A program made the translations under genes and the position numbers. Below are positions 29,688-39,601 of a DNA stretch of 64,000 bases, one piece after another (the stretch's first letter is position 1; each line of letters opens with the position of its first letter). Origin of the DNA: an uncultured Desulfatitalea sp. Its GTDB lineage: Bacteria; Desulfobacterota; Desulfobacteria; Desulfobacterales; Desulfosarcinaceae. The stretch is from contig CAXXMB010000001.1 in assembly GCA_963668675.2 (NCBI GenBank), positions 992,001-1,056,000 on the forward strand, read 5' to 3'. The notes under the pieces were generated by a model. That model made no database searches, had not been told where the DNA came from, and saw only the letters and a list, made by a program, of their open reading frames with translations.

Positions 29688-30536
29688 TCATAATGACACT
29701 CTACCGTCACTATTCAGCACGGCAGAGAGGGCCATTAGGGTTTCTAAACTAAATCTTCTATAAAACTTATTGAACGCAATGTAAAAAATATATGCTGTAA
29801 TGCCAGAAGATACTATTAACCACACAGAAACTTCCATGGAGAATCGCCCTTCCATTGCGTGCCAGACGAATATCCAGAAAAACAGCACAAATATTAAAGT
29901 AACTGTTCTTGTGAATCCAAATAGTGCAACATAATTCTGAAATTTTGGACCATGAGTTTTCGAATTTTCGAGAGCGAAATGATAGCAATACCTAAAAAAG
30001 GAATTTTCGTTTAACCATTGCTCCCGATCAATTTCCTCCGGCAAGTTGTATAAAGCGAAAATGGCTTCTTTGATTGTTTGCTTCGAGACGTCGCTTACCT
30101 CTTTGATATACAGGTCTCTTAGATTCATCACGTAACCAAGGATCACATCAAAAAAGAAAACTGGGAAAATCAATAAACATACGAATATACGCGCTATTAA
30201 TCGCCGAATTGTGGCCAACTTTGGTTTAAAAATACACTCTGATGGTTGACCTAATAAATACTTGGATGGATATCCAGACATCCAATTTGCATACTTTTCA
30301 ATCGTGATGGAAGATACGAAACTAAGCAGATGTCCGAGAATATATGAAATTATAATAAATGGAATGTAGATGTCCTTTTCGAAAAAATTGATTGCGTTCT
30401 CCAAGGACTCGCGATTGAAACACTGACTCTCCGAATGAAAGTAAGCGAATATCAATAAATACAGAGTAATGGCACCAGGTATAAAGTATCCCAAGAAATC
30501 ATAAAGAGAAAAAGGGTTTTGTCGGCTTTGCATCAA
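29688..30536 (-). CDS. Multi-pass membrane protein (cargo)
   Basis: FSLYDFLGYFIPG, SYILGHLL; about five hydrophobic segments; very AT-rich. Confidence 0.75.
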   Translation of the reverse strand: MMQSRQNPFSLYDFLGYFIPGAITLYLLIFAYFHSESQCFNRESLENAINFFEKDIYIPFIIISYILGHLLSFVSSITIEKYANWMSGYPSKYLLGQPSECIFKPKLATIRRLIARIFVCLLIFPVFFFDVILGYVMNLRDLYIKEVSDVSKQTIKEAIFALYNLPEEIDREQWLNENSFFRYCYHFALENSKTHGPKFQNYVALFGFTRTVTLIFVLFFWIFVWHAMEGRFSMEVSVWLIVSSGITAYIFYIAFNKFYRRFSLETLMALSAVLNSDGRVSL

Positions 30537-30653
30537 TCTGTCTTTGTTATGTTTTTCCTAATTCCTTTAGAGCCTGCTCATCCATCTGTTAAGCTTGAGC
30601 TCACTTTCGATTGCTCAATGCTCCATTAGGTTGTCAATTGCGATCCATAAGGT

Positions 30654-31409
30654 TCAATTTGTTATGATGAGCTCCTTTGTTTTAGTACACAGATGCCTTG
30701 AAGAACTATACGATGTATCTACTGTTGTTAGTTTGAAGCTATCGAATACTGAACGCATCTTTCTATGATCATTTATACTCATTATGAAATGCGATTTAAC
30801 TTTGGATAAACATTCGGCCAACTCAATAAAGTCGGATAACACAAAATTATGTTTATAATATGGAGCCTTATAATACGGTGGGTCAAGGAAAAAGAGTGTA
30901 CCTGGCTTATCATAAGTTTTAAAAAACTGCTGCCAGGGAAGATGCTCTATAGTAACGCCGGCAAGTCTGAGATGAACCTCGGACAGTTCCTCCTCGATTC
31001 TGAGAAGGTTGATACTCGGCCGCCTCATCGGAGACGCCCCATAGGTCCTGCCCCGCACCCGACCGGCAAAACACTGTCGTTGAAGGTAATAGTACCGGGC
31101 AGCCCTCTGGATATCGGTCAGCCCACCGGCTACCTGCTGACGTTTCCAATCCTCGAACATTTCCCTCGAGGCCAGCAGCCATTTAAATTGTTTTAAAAAT
31201 TCCTCCAAGTGGTTTTGAAGGACCCGGTAAAAACAGATCAGATCAGAATCCAGATCGTTGATCACTTCGTACTTGGATGGTTCTTTCCTAAAAAATACCC
31301 AAGCTGCCCCTGCGAACACCTCGCAGTAGGCCTTATGCTTGGGCATCATTTCGATAATGGTTTTTGCCAGTTTGGACTTACCACCGATATACGCGATAGG
31401 GCTGTTCAT
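30654..31409 (-). CDS. D12-class (Dam-like) N6-adenine DNA methyltransferase
   Basis: YIGGKSKL, EVFAGAA, INDLD, DPPY; sits where mom lies in Mu; RBS AAGGAG before ATG at 31409. Confidence 0.92.
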   Translation of the reverse strand: MNSPIAYIGGKSKLAKTIIEMMPKHKAYCEVFAGAAWVFFRKEPSKYEVINDLDSDLICFYRVLQNHLEEFLKQFKWLLASREMFEDWKRQQVAGGLTDIQRAARYYYLQRQCFAGRVRGRTYGASPMRRPSINLLRIEEELSEVHLRLAGVTIEHLPWQQFFKTYDKPGTLFFLDPPYYKAPYYKHNFVLSDFIELAECLSKVKSHFIMSINDHRKMRSVFDSFKLTTVDTSYSSSRHLCTKTKELIITN

Positions 31410-31448
31410 TGGGCGCTCCTTGTGACGATCCATTTCAATATGGTAAAA

Positions 31449-31548
31449 GCCCCTTGCTCGGATCCGAGCACTGGGGGCCGTCCATTTTGGATGTGGGGCT
31501 GCCTTGAACAGCTCTTCGCCCGGGAGGGTGTTACAGCACCGTCCCGGG
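31449..31548 (-). promoter_or_regulatory. Structured 5' leader of the methylase gene (two hairpins)
   Basis: Plus strand CCCGGGAGGGTG-ttacag-CACCGTCCCGGG (31519-31548) and palindrome TGCTCGGATCCGAGCA. Confidence 0.55.
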
Positions 31549-31592
31549 TGGCCTCCTTTCTACTACACCACCATATCTGGTATTTCCCTCCC

Positions 31593-32456
31593 CTATTGTT
31601 TCCGGATGAACGTGACAGAAATCATGTTGTAATATTGGACTGCCGAACTATTGCTGCCGAATGAATATCCAGACAATCTCAAGGGGACGTCACCATCGCC
31701 GGTGACAAAAACAAACCCACCGAACTGCTGGCGATCGGTCTCGCCGGCGGCCACATAGTTTTCGATTTGAAACCCCGCATGGGGCCCACCCACAAAATAG
31801 ACGGTACCCGTACCGTATGGTTGGGCAACGATGTATCTGTTGTTGCCGGCCGTTGCTCCCTTGGTGCATTCGATGGCCACATTAATGAAAAAGACGTCAC
31901 CGGCATGCAGACCCGTTAGGGTGGTGAGATTCACCATGGTGGTCATGGAGCTGGTTACAGAAACCGCCGAGGTGTTGTTCTGGGTCTCATAACTCGGATT
32001 ATAGACTCCCAGGGCCCCCTCGATGGTATCCAATCGGGCGATATCATCACTGGCCGCCGGGGCACTGACCTTAGCCCGGCCGTCGGCATCTCGTAGAATG
32101 ATGCGGCTGGCGGTGGCGGCACTGACAGCACCGTGGACGCTGGTCTCATTGGCATGTGCGGTATCGGCATCGGCCCTGGCCGTCGCCTCGGCTTCGATAT
32201 TCCCCTGTAGGGTCGTATCGGCATTTGCTCGAGCAGTGGCTTCGGCCGCGATCGCAGCGATATTCTCATCCGACTGGGCATCGGCCCATTTGAGCCACCG
32301 GTCGACCAGGCGCCAGTACCAGTTAAAATACTGGTAAGGCGGTTTTTCCTGTTGAACCCAGCCCTGCAGCTTTTTGGCCGCGGACGGGGCGATGTACTTT
32401 GCCGGATCGTCGTCTGTGATCCAATCGATATGTCCATCGGTGGGTTTGACTGCCAT
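31593..32456 (-). CDS. Tail fibre protein
   Basis: Last tail gene; N-terminal GW..EKPPYQYFNW baseplate-binding motif; AEATARAxADT repeats; beta-rich C-terminus. Confidence 0.8.
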   Translation of the reverse strand: MAVKPTDGHIDWITDDDPAKYIAPSAAKKLQGWVQQEKPPYQYFNWYWRLVDRWLKWADAQSDENIAAIAAEATARANADTTLQGNIEAEATARADADTAHANETSVHGAVSAATASRIILRDADGRAKVSAPAASDDIARLDTIEGALGVYNPSYETQNNTSAVSVTSSMTTMVNLTTLTGLHAGDVFFINVAIECTKGATAGNNRYIVAQPYGTGTVYFVGGPHAGFQIENYVAAGETDRQQFGGFVFVTGDGDVPLRLSGYSFGSNSSAVQYYNMISVTFIRKQ

Positions 32457-32466
32457 TTGCGGCTCC

Positions 32467-33063
32467 TTATTGGGTCAACTGGATGTAGGCGAACTCGCCC
32501 CCTACTCCCGGATCGTTATAATCTCCAAAGCCCAACACATCGGGATCATCCGGATCGAACCCGAACGCATTGGTCGGGGAGAATATGATGGCTAAAAAGT
32601 CCACCCGGACGCCGGCAGCCACCACCTTTTGCATCAGGTTGCGTACGAACTCGGATAGATCCCCTGCGATGGGCGTATCAGAATACAAATCGATCTGAGC
32701 CGTGTGGGTTTCGATAATCTGAACGCGATCGGCCTGGGCGATGAGTCTCCAGACATTGATCACATCCTCGACAGTCCCGTGGGAGACATTCTTTCCGATC
32801 TTGGCTTTGAGCAAGATCCGATAAAGAGCATCCTCCCAGCCGATCCTGGTCAAACCGACTATGGACCCTATGCGATCAAGCTGGAGGCCTTCAGCGTTAT
32901 CGATATCCAGGCGATCGTAAAACTCATAGGCGGCATCTTCCAAATCCTGGACCTGCTGGCCGAATAGGATCTCGATCAATGACGCCAATCGAGGACTGTC
33001 CTTGTACTGCTGAAGCAGGCGCCTCTTAGCTGCATCGATATGGTCTGTGATTTGGACGATCAT
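32467..33063 (-). CDS. Baseplate wedge protein (DUF2612-like)
   Basis: DIDNAEGLQLDRIGSIVG, AAGV, FGF; follows baseplate J. Confidence 0.8.
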   Translation of the reverse strand: MIVQITDHIDAAKRRLLQQYKDSPRLASLIEILFGQQVQDLEDAAYEFYDRLDIDNAEGLQLDRIGSIVGLTRIGWEDALYRILLKAKIGKNVSHGTVEDVINVWRLIAQADRVQIIETHTAQIDLYSDTPIAGDLSEFVRNLMQKVVAAGVRVDFLAIIFSPTNAFGFDPDDPDVLGFGDYNDPGVGGEFAYIQLTQ

Positions 33064-34274
33064 AGGTGCGTCACCGTGATATTTGCCGCGTCCCACTGGG
33101 ACATCTCGACATCGCCACCGGCGCCGTCATCGATATCCACATTGTCGTCTGTGATGGGGCTTGCCGAGGTACCGATCCTGACAACCACGTCCACTATGCC
33201 TTCCACTCCAGCCAACTGGGAGATCAGAGACGGATAGACGATCACATCGGCGCCGGGCCCTAAAGAATTCCCCCAGGTGACGATCTTATCTTTGATGTAG
33301 TCGTCGCCGTTGGCCGGATAGTCTGAGGTGACGGTCAAATCGAGCTCGAGATAGATGGCCACCTGGGTGGGACGGGTAAACCAGCAGTAGTGGGTAAAGC
33401 CCTGGCTGTCAGTCACCTGGACAGAGATCGATCCATAAGGTTCAATCCCTGCGGGCTTAGCCTTCAAAAAGATAGTGTCGGCGATCTCCTGATCCCGATC
33501 GGTGCTGCCGCCTGCCTGGTAGACCACTACTTCAAAGCTCTTGCCTGGCAATCCCCTGGCATCGGTGGTCAAAGTGTAATTTTCAAAGACGATGACATGC
33601 TCGATGGGCACTTTGGTGGTATCGGAGTTCAATGCCAAAATGGCACTTCGGATCGCCTCCACCGGGCCCGATTGGCTGAACTGAAGGTTGCCGTTTCTTC
33701 GAATTCTAAGCTGGGCGTCAGTTTCAAGATCGCGACCGACAATGGCCGGAAGCGGATTGGTGACGGTGTCCAGGCCGGCAATGGGCGTATCGATCTGGGT
33801 CAAGGTATCTTCGATCACCTCAATGGGACCGGTCTCCAGGGCGATGCAGTCGACCAGGACCGTTCCGCCTGCCTCGATGGTCACCTCCTGCTCGGTTTTG
33901 AATCTGGCATCGGGATTGTCCGCCACAGAAAATATCACCCCTGCCGGAACGATTGTCCCCGCGGTACCGGAAAGCTCTACCTCTTCTATCCTGCTGGCGA
34001 TGGCAGGAAGCCTGGCATGACCAGTTAAAGCGGCGGCAAGATCCAAACTTACCCCTTCAGCGGTCGACGGATACTGGGCGTTGTAGAGATCGGAGAGAAG
34101 CTCCCATAAAAGTGCTTCACGTTCGGAGAAGATCCCGATCAGTTGGCCGAAGACGCTCTGGGCGGAGGTGTTGATCTGGGCGCCGAACGTTACCCGAAGG
34201 GCGGTCTCAAGCTCCTCCTGGATATCGGCAAGGGTCTTTATCACCAGCCCATCGGCTGTAATTCCATAGGTCAC
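33060..34274 (-). CDS. Baseplate J/gp47-family protein
   Basis: YGITADG, GRDLETDAQLRIR, KPAGI motifs. Confidence 0.9.
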   Translation of the reverse strand: MTYGITADGLVIKTLADIQEELETALRVTFGAQINTSAQSVFGQLIGIFSEREALLWELLSDLYNAQYPSTAEGVSLDLAAALTGHARLPAIASRIEEVELSGTAGTIVPAGVIFSVADNPDARFKTEQEVTIEAGGTVLVDCIALETGPIEVIEDTLTQIDTPIAGLDTVTNPLPAIVGRDLETDAQLRIRRNGNLQFSQSGPVEAIRSAILALNSDTTKVPIEHVIVFENYTLTTDARGLPGKSFEVVVYQAGGSTDRDQEIADTIFLKAKPAGIEPYGSISVQVTDSQGFTHYCWFTRPTQVAIYLELDLTVTSDYPANGDDYIKDKIVTWGNSLGPGADVIVYPSLISQLAGVEGIVDVVVRIGTSASPITDDNVDIDDGAGGDVEMSQWDAANITVTHL

Positions 34275-34630
34275 GGCAGCACCTCATTGTATGTGATCAC
34301 GGCACCGGTATCGGCCACGGCCTTAAAGAAGAGCTTTAACTCCCTTGTGCCGGCATTGATGGCCAGATCGAACTCGAGCAGTTCCACAATTCCGGGCGTA
34401 TTGATGATTTCGGCTTTAAAGACGCTGTCCAGAATGACCGGATCCGGGTTTTTGACCATCACCTGCTGCAGATAGGGAACACCCACCCGAAGATCCAAAA
34501 ACCACTCGCCCATAAAAGTCTTAAGACGCTGGGCCAGGTGCTGACGGATCCCATCGGCCTGGTCGACCAACAAAAGATCGGTGGCGTCGGTCGAAAGATC
34601 CCAGCTGGTATCGTCTAAGAGAAGATCCAT
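34271..34630 (-). CDS. Baseplate wedge/sheath initiator (gp25/gp46-like)
   Basis: RLKTFMGEWFLDLRVGVPY. Confidence 0.8.
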   Translation of the reverse strand: MDLLLDDTSWDLSTDATDLLLVDQADGIRQHLAQRLKTFMGEWFLDLRVGVPYLQQVMVKNPDPVILDSVFKAEIINTPGIVELLEFDLAINAGTRELKLFFKAVADTGAVITYNEVLP

Positions 34631-34852
34631 CTATTCCAGATCTCCCTGGCCGCTTATAGCCCCGGACATACTGTCGACAAAGGTGCCCGGCGTGGCATGG
34701 CCGTTGGTTGTGATGTGATTGACGATGGCGGTGCAGATCGTTTGCCAGAACTGTCGCACCAGGGCCTGCTCAGCGGCATTTAATGGGGCCCCGGCTGCGG
34801 CCAGGACGGCATCTGCCACCTCGTTTCCCATGCCGGTACCGCTCATGGCCAT
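34631..34852 (-). CDS. Small baseplate-region protein (possible spike tip)
   Basis: 73 aa directly after the spike gene. Confidence 0.6.
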   Translation of the reverse strand: MAMSGTGMGNEVADAVLAAAGAPLNAAEQALVRQFWQTICTAIVNHITTNGHATPGTFVDSMSGAISGQGDLE

Positions 34853-34855
34853 GTG

Positions 34856-35512
34856 TCAGCTCCTTTTAATGGTGCCCAATCGGGCCTTATCGTCCTGGAA
34901 GTTGGCTATCGTGGAAGCGATAAATGGCGATGCCCCGATGGAGGTGATCACCTTGGCTGCGATCAGATGATCGAGCACGCTCTCAACTATCGTTAAAAAC
35001 TCTTCGCTGGCCCCTTCGATGCTGATCTTTCCGTCCGGTGAGAGCTCGACTCGCATCTTGTCGTTTTGAAAGACCGCATTTTCAGCGCTGGTACCCGAAA
35101 GCGCAGCCCCAAAAGGATGCACCCCAGGCACAAATATGGCGTCAGAAAGATGGTGATGACGCGGATCCTTGGGGCCCACGATCTGCCCGGATCCCTGGAG
35201 CCAGCCGTCCAGGGACCGCTCGCAAAAGATCGCCATGCCCAGATCGCCCTTTTTAAGCGGCAGATGAAGATATGAAGCGCCGCCGGCAGCCGACGGCCAC
35301 TGCACAGGAACATCGGTCACCACGGGAAGCTCGGTCTCTTGTGCTTCGACCTTGTAGCGCTTTTTCAAAAGCGGCTTGATGTCGGCCTTCTGTTTTCCCG
35401 CATCGTACTTTTCTACCCGGGCGGGAAGACAGACATGGAGATCGTAAAGGTGGGCGGCAATCGCCTCCTTTAGAATCTGAGCCAGGCTCTTATCTTCCTT
35501 TTGTGTCGTCAT
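34856..35512 (-). CDS. Baseplate spike (Gp138-like)
   Basis: PLKKGD, FCERSLDGW, RHHHLSDAIFVPG. Confidence 0.85.
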   Translation of the reverse strand: MTTQKEDKSLAQILKEAIAAHLYDLHVCLPARVEKYDAGKQKADIKPLLKKRYKVEAQETELPVVTDVPVQWPSAAGGASYLHLPLKKGDLGMAIFCERSLDGWLQGSGQIVGPKDPRHHHLSDAIFVPGVHPFGAALSGTSAENAVFQNDKMRVELSPDGKISIEGASEEFLTIVESVLDHLIAAKVITSIGASPFIASTIANFQDDKARLGTIKRS

Positions 35513-36336
35513 ATGGCCACCGCCTTGCCGCTGGCGTAAAACGCCTGGCCGTGGGTGTCTCCGGCAAAGGTCACTGTCCGAAGCTTATAGATACCATCCA
35601 CCTCCCGGCTTTGGATCTGTACCAGGCGCCCGGGCACCAGCTGGGGTTGGATCAAGGACTTAAACTCCACCCCTACCCCGCCATCGATCTCGCGTTTGAC
35701 GGGGGATCCCACAAGGCCGGTCTCAGCGGTCAACAAAACCGCCTGAAGACCGCTGTCCTGGTCTTTGGGAAGGACCTGCAAAGTGTTATCCTGGACCGAC
35801 CACTCAAGGTTCTGCTTGGCGGTCAGCTCATCCATCACCTGCTTGCTGCCGCCCGATACGGCGATCCCGGTCTGGGCCTTGTCCGATGAGATGCCCAAAA
35901 GGGATCCCATCACCACCTTGCCCTGGTCGACAAAGCTTTGGGCCACATCGCGAATCACCTGTTTAAGATCAGAACCGGGCGCATAGCTCTTATCGATGTG
36001 GGCCGATCGCAAGGCATCGGATCCATCTCCGCACTCGACGGTGGTCACCCAGTCCGGGCCCTGGCGGGAGATGTATGCCCGGGTGATGTCCCCATAAAAG
36101 AGCTGCTCGATGTTTTCCCCATATCCCACCTCGAGAATCACGATCGCCTTTTCTCTTTCGGCAAGCGCCCTTCCCTCGGGGCTTAAGTTGAAGATGGAGA
36201 TCTTGGCCGTATTGGGATTGGACTCGGAAGTCTTTTCCACCTGGAAGATCACTCTTAAGCGATCGAAGCGGACTTCATCGCCTCCCTCTTTACTTCCCAG
36301 GGTGACGGCCACATATCGATTCCAGAGGCGCTCCAT
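35509..36336 (-). CDS. Baseplate hub protein
   Basis: NTAKISIFNLS, WSVQD, TGLVGSP, GDTHG. Confidence 0.8.
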   Translation of the reverse strand: MERLWNRYVAVTLGSKEGGDEVRFDRLRVIFQVEKTSESNPNTAKISIFNLSPEGRALAEREKAIVILEVGYGENIEQLFYGDITRAYISRQGPDWVTTVECGDGSDALRSAHIDKSYAPGSDLKQVIRDVAQSFVDQGKVVMGSLLGISSDKAQTGIAVSGGSKQVMDELTAKQNLEWSVQDNTLQVLPKDQDSGLQAVLLTAETGLVGSPVKREIDGGVGVEFKSLIQPQLVPGRLVQIQSREVDGIYKLRTVTFAGDTHGQAFYASGKAVAI

Positions 36337-36656
36337 CAGGCCGCCTCCTCGTAGATCAGGACCACATCGCTTCCAAAGTCATCCCTTGCCGGTTCTCTGT
36401 AGGCCTCCACCCAGTTCATGGCAAAAAGCTTTCCAGCGGGGAATCGGTCGTCTGCGTACTGGGCTAAAAGATCCACTCCCAGTCTCACGGCCACACCCGA
36501 CACCAGTGGATTGGCGGCCGCATCGGCCAGATCGAGCGTCCAGTGACTGGCCCGGGAGTTGTAACGCAGGCGCATACGATAAACGGTGCCATCAAGCTGC
36601 ACCGAAAAGCTCTGGTGGGGCACATCCATGGTCAACGGCAGTTCAAGGTATGCCAT
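36336..36656 (-). CDS. Baseplate plug-like protein
   Basis: QSFSVQLDG, YNSRASHWTLD, GVDLLAQY; position in tail operon. Confidence 0.7.
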   Translation of the reverse strand: MAYLELPLTMDVPHQSFSVQLDGTVYRMRLRYNSRASHWTLDLADAAANPLVSGVAVRLGVDLLAQYADDRFPAGKLFAMNWVEAYREPARDDFGSDVVLIYEEAA

Positions 36657-37363
36657 CAGTTGTTCCCCCAGATCAGACGATAGGCCCAGGAGGAGGCCTT
36701 GGATGATTTGCCGGTATCGAGCACCTGGCCCTGCTTGGTCCCCTGCTGCTGTTCGACGGCCGAAAGGTCCTTGACCTCATCGCTTTTGGCCGCTCTGGGG
36801 ATCGAGACCTTCTGTCCGGATATGATCGACACCTGCCGAAATGAGGCTTTAAAAACCAGCGCCCCGGCATTGGCGGCGTTGCGGGGAGCGGTGAACCGTT
36901 CCATCACCATATTATTATAGGTGGCAAGCCCGGCGATGATGGTTAGGGGAACCCCTCCCGCATAGATCTCTTCAAATATGTCCAGGGCCGCCTTGGAGGG
37001 CTTTGCCGATCCGGATAGGGCCAGATTGCCCATAAAGACAGTGCCGGCCGTTGCGATGGTGCCGGCAGCGCCTCCGATCCGGCTGCCGATAAATCCGGCC
37101 GTATTTCCTATAATGGTACCGGTTAAATTGATGGGATTGTCGCTGACGATCCCTTCGAGCTGCAGCGTGCGCCCCCTTTTGATCACATGGTCTGCGATCT
37201 GGGATCCGTCCTCCACATCGTGCAAAGTGGCCTGGGCCTCGAGGCTCACCTCTTCGGCCGAGGTGCAGTCGATCTTTAAAAGCGTGCGGCTCTGTCCGCC
37301 GTCGCTGTATTGGATCGTCACCCGCCTGGGAATGATCCGATCAAAGATCTGCTCAAAGGCCAT
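36656..37363 (-). CDS. Baseplate organiser (Dit-like) protein
   Basis: HDVEDGSQIADH, YNNM; follows the tape measure gene. Confidence 0.75.
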   Translation of the reverse strand: MAFEQIFDRIIPRRVTIQYSDGGQSRTLLKIDCTSAEEVSLEAQATLHDVEDGSQIADHVIKRGRTLQLEGIVSDNPINLTGTIIGNTAGFIGSRIGGAAGTIATAGTVFMGNLALSGSAKPSKAALDIFEEIYAGGVPLTIIAGLATYNNMVMERFTAPRNAANAGALVFKASFRQVSIISGQKVSIPRAAKSDEVKDLSAVEQQQGTKQGQVLDTGKSSKASSWAYRLIWGNN

Positions 37364-37365
37364 TT

Positions 37366-38997
37366 TTAGTACTCCACCAGAGGCTCTGTGGCCAAAGAGG
37401 TGTCGCGCAGCATGCGGGCGATGCCGTCGGAGACGCCCTGCTGCACAGCTCTCCCGACCGCTTCGGGGGGCGTCCCCTCGGGCACCGTAACCGTTACAGG
37501 GGCATTGACCCGCACATCATTGACCTTGGGCACCGGATAGTAGGTGATGTTCGATCCGCCGGCAGGCGCCATGCCCACCATCTGCTGGGCGGCGCCGATG
37601 GCGCCGGAGACCTTGTCGCCGATCGTATCTTTAGCCCCGGATATAAAGCCGCGCACCCGGTCAACGGCATCGACGATCGGCTGGATCTTTTCCATCAGCC
37701 AGGCCACGTAAGGCTCTATGGCCCGCTTGGCAGCTGCAAGTGCTGCGGTCAGGGCGCTAACGATTTTAGACGGCCACTCGACGATCCAGCGCCCGGTGAC
37801 AAGGTCCATAAAAAAAGAGAGCGCCGTCCGGGCCGCTTCGAATGCTCGCGGGAACTTCTTTTCGAAGGCGTCGAGAATCACCCCGGTCACAGAGTCTTTC
37901 CCCTGAAAATAGGAGATGATGTCCTGCCAGATGACGATCAAGGCTGCCACGGCCGCACCGATCAGAACCGGTATGGCGGCCACTTTCAAATTGGCGATCA
38001 GGGCGGCGTTTCCCATAAGACTGATGGCCCGGGTCAATGTCGCCAGGCCCATGGCCAAACTGCCGATCGCAGACAGTACCTGAAACCCCGCAAAGAGCCC
38101 GATGGCCCAGGCGGCCGCCTTTGCCATCCGTTCGATGCCTCCAAAAATCTCTGCCACATCGGCGAGCATCCCCACCACCAGGCGCCCAGTCCGATAGAGC
38201 CATCTTAAAAGCGAGATGGCGCCCTGGAGCGTCTTTTCTACGCCGCTTTTAATGATCTGCCGGTTGATAAAAAACCATTCCCGGAACTGCACCATCAGTT
38301 CGGAGAAGATGGGAAGCAGTTTCACCCCCACTTCGTTTCTGATACCGGTGATGATCAGTTTGGTGCGGGTAAGGTTGTCGTTGAAAGCTTCGGCGTTTCT
38401 CGCATCTTCTTCTGCAATCACAAACCCAAGCGATTGTGCTTCTTTTCTCATGGCCAAAAGGGCGTCTTTACCGTTTCGGAGCATATTGACCATGCTCACC
38501 CCTTCGGTATCAAAGAGCTTAAAGGCTAATGCCACCCTTCGACTGGGATCCTCGATGGCGGCCATCCCTTCGGCGATATCGGCTAAAAGATCTTCGCTTC
38601 TTCGTACCCTTCCCTCACTGTCGGTTAAGACCACACCCAGCTCTTTAAAGGCGTCTTTGGCCACACCGGTCCCTTTGGCCGCCTCTGCCGCCCTTCGGGT
38701 CATGCGCTGAAGGCCTGTATCAAAATTCGCCTGGGCCACTCCAGAAAGCTCAGCCGCATAGCGAAGCTCCTGGAGCGCTTCGATCTGGACGCCCAGCTTA
38801 TCGGCCGTCTTGGCCGCCTTGTCGCCCGCATTGGCAGTGGACCTTGCCATGGTGTAGAGCATGCCGGCAGAGGCAATAGCGGCGGCTCCCACGGCCAGAA
38901 TCAGGGTCTTGGTCTTTCTTAGGCCCCGATCGAGCTCGGTGAGCCCTCTATCGTCGACGTCAAATCCGATGCTGACAAATAGGTCGCGAAGCTTCAT
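37366..38997 (-). CDS. Tape measure protein
   Basis: Ala-rich helical 543 aa, LFVSIGFDVD, LQELRYAAELSG, hydrophobic core. Confidence 0.88.
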   Translation of the reverse strand: MKLRDLFVSIGFDVDDRGLTELDRGLRKTKTLILAVGAAAIASAGMLYTMARSTANAGDKAAKTADKLGVQIEALQELRYAAELSGVAQANFDTGLQRMTRRAAEAAKGTGVAKDAFKELGVVLTDSEGRVRRSEDLLADIAEGMAAIEDPSRRVALAFKLFDTEGVSMVNMLRNGKDALLAMRKEAQSLGFVIAEEDARNAEAFNDNLTRTKLIITGIRNEVGVKLLPIFSELMVQFREWFFINRQIIKSGVEKTLQGAISLLRWLYRTGRLVVGMLADVAEIFGGIERMAKAAAWAIGLFAGFQVLSAIGSLAMGLATLTRAISLMGNAALIANLKVAAIPVLIGAAVAALIVIWQDIISYFQGKDSVTGVILDAFEKKFPRAFEAARTALSFFMDLVTGRWIVEWPSKIVSALTAALAAAKRAIEPYVAWLMEKIQPIVDAVDRVRGFISGAKDTIGDKVSGAIGAAQQMVGMAPAGGSNITYYPVPKVNDVRVNAPVTVTVPEGTPPEAVGRAVQQGVSDGIARMLRDTSLATEPLVEY

Positions 38998-39221
38998 TGG
39001 CGCTTTGGCTTTTCCTGGGCCCTTTCCCGGGCCTCGTGCTTGATATCCAACGCCTCGTGGGCGTCGGCCAGATCATCGATGGACCAGAAGGTCTCTATCT
39101 CATGCAAGGTGGCGATCCGCTCGATAACCGGCCGCCACAGGTACCAGTTGATGTTTACGATGCCGGGGTCGTACCCGCCCTGGGAAACAGCACGCTTAGG
39201 TCGGGCACGGCGGCTAAAAAA
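38994..39221 (-). CDS. Frameshifted (-1) C-terminal extension of the tail assembly chaperone (G-T type)
   Basis: Slippery T-TTT-TTA at 39221-39215; -1 frame stays open to a TGA overlapping the tape measure ATG. Confidence 0.8.
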   Translation of the reverse strand, partial: FFSRRARPKRAVSQGGYDPGIVNINWYLWRPVIERIATLHEIETFWSIDDLADAHEALDIKHEARERAQEKPKRQ

Positions 39222-39601
39222 TCGCCGTACTCCACTTTTAAGGCCTGGCCCACCACCTTAAATAGGTGCGGCAGCCTTCCGGCAAAGTGGGCATCGAACT
39301 TTTTTGAGACCTCACCGCTGCCCACATGAATCACCTGGGAGAGCAATTCGTCTATGATCGCCTCCACTTCGTTTTCGTCCAGGCGATCGCAAAGGGCTGT
39401 GACGATCAAAGAAAGATCGATGTCGGCCTCCATCACCGCCTTAAGATCGACCTGGCCCGATTTGGTACCGTTTAAAGCTGCCCCCAGGGGCGCTCCAACG
39501 ATCTTTACGATCCGGGTCATTAGCTTTAAAGAGCGCTTGGGAGGCAGCTGGCAAAAGGTGTACTCTTCACCGTCGATCATCACTTCCACGGGATTTCTCA
39601 T
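39155..39601 (-). CDS. Tail assembly chaperone
   Basis: Between tube and tape measure genes; FDAHFAG...YGDF motif. Confidence 0.85.
   Translation of the reverse strand: MRNPVEVMIDGEEYTFCQLPPKRSLKLMTRIVKIVGAPLGAALNGTKSGQVDLKAVMEADIDLSLIVTALCDRLDENEVEAIIDELLSQVIHVGSGEVSKKFDAHFAGRLPHLFKVVGQALKVEYGDFLAAVPDLSVLFPRAGTTPAS

Noticed and set aside
31593..32000. Tail-fibre C-terminus as a DGR variable region or invertible segment
   Set aside because: No reverse transcriptase, template repeat, invertase or flanking inverted repeats found in the prophage part of the window
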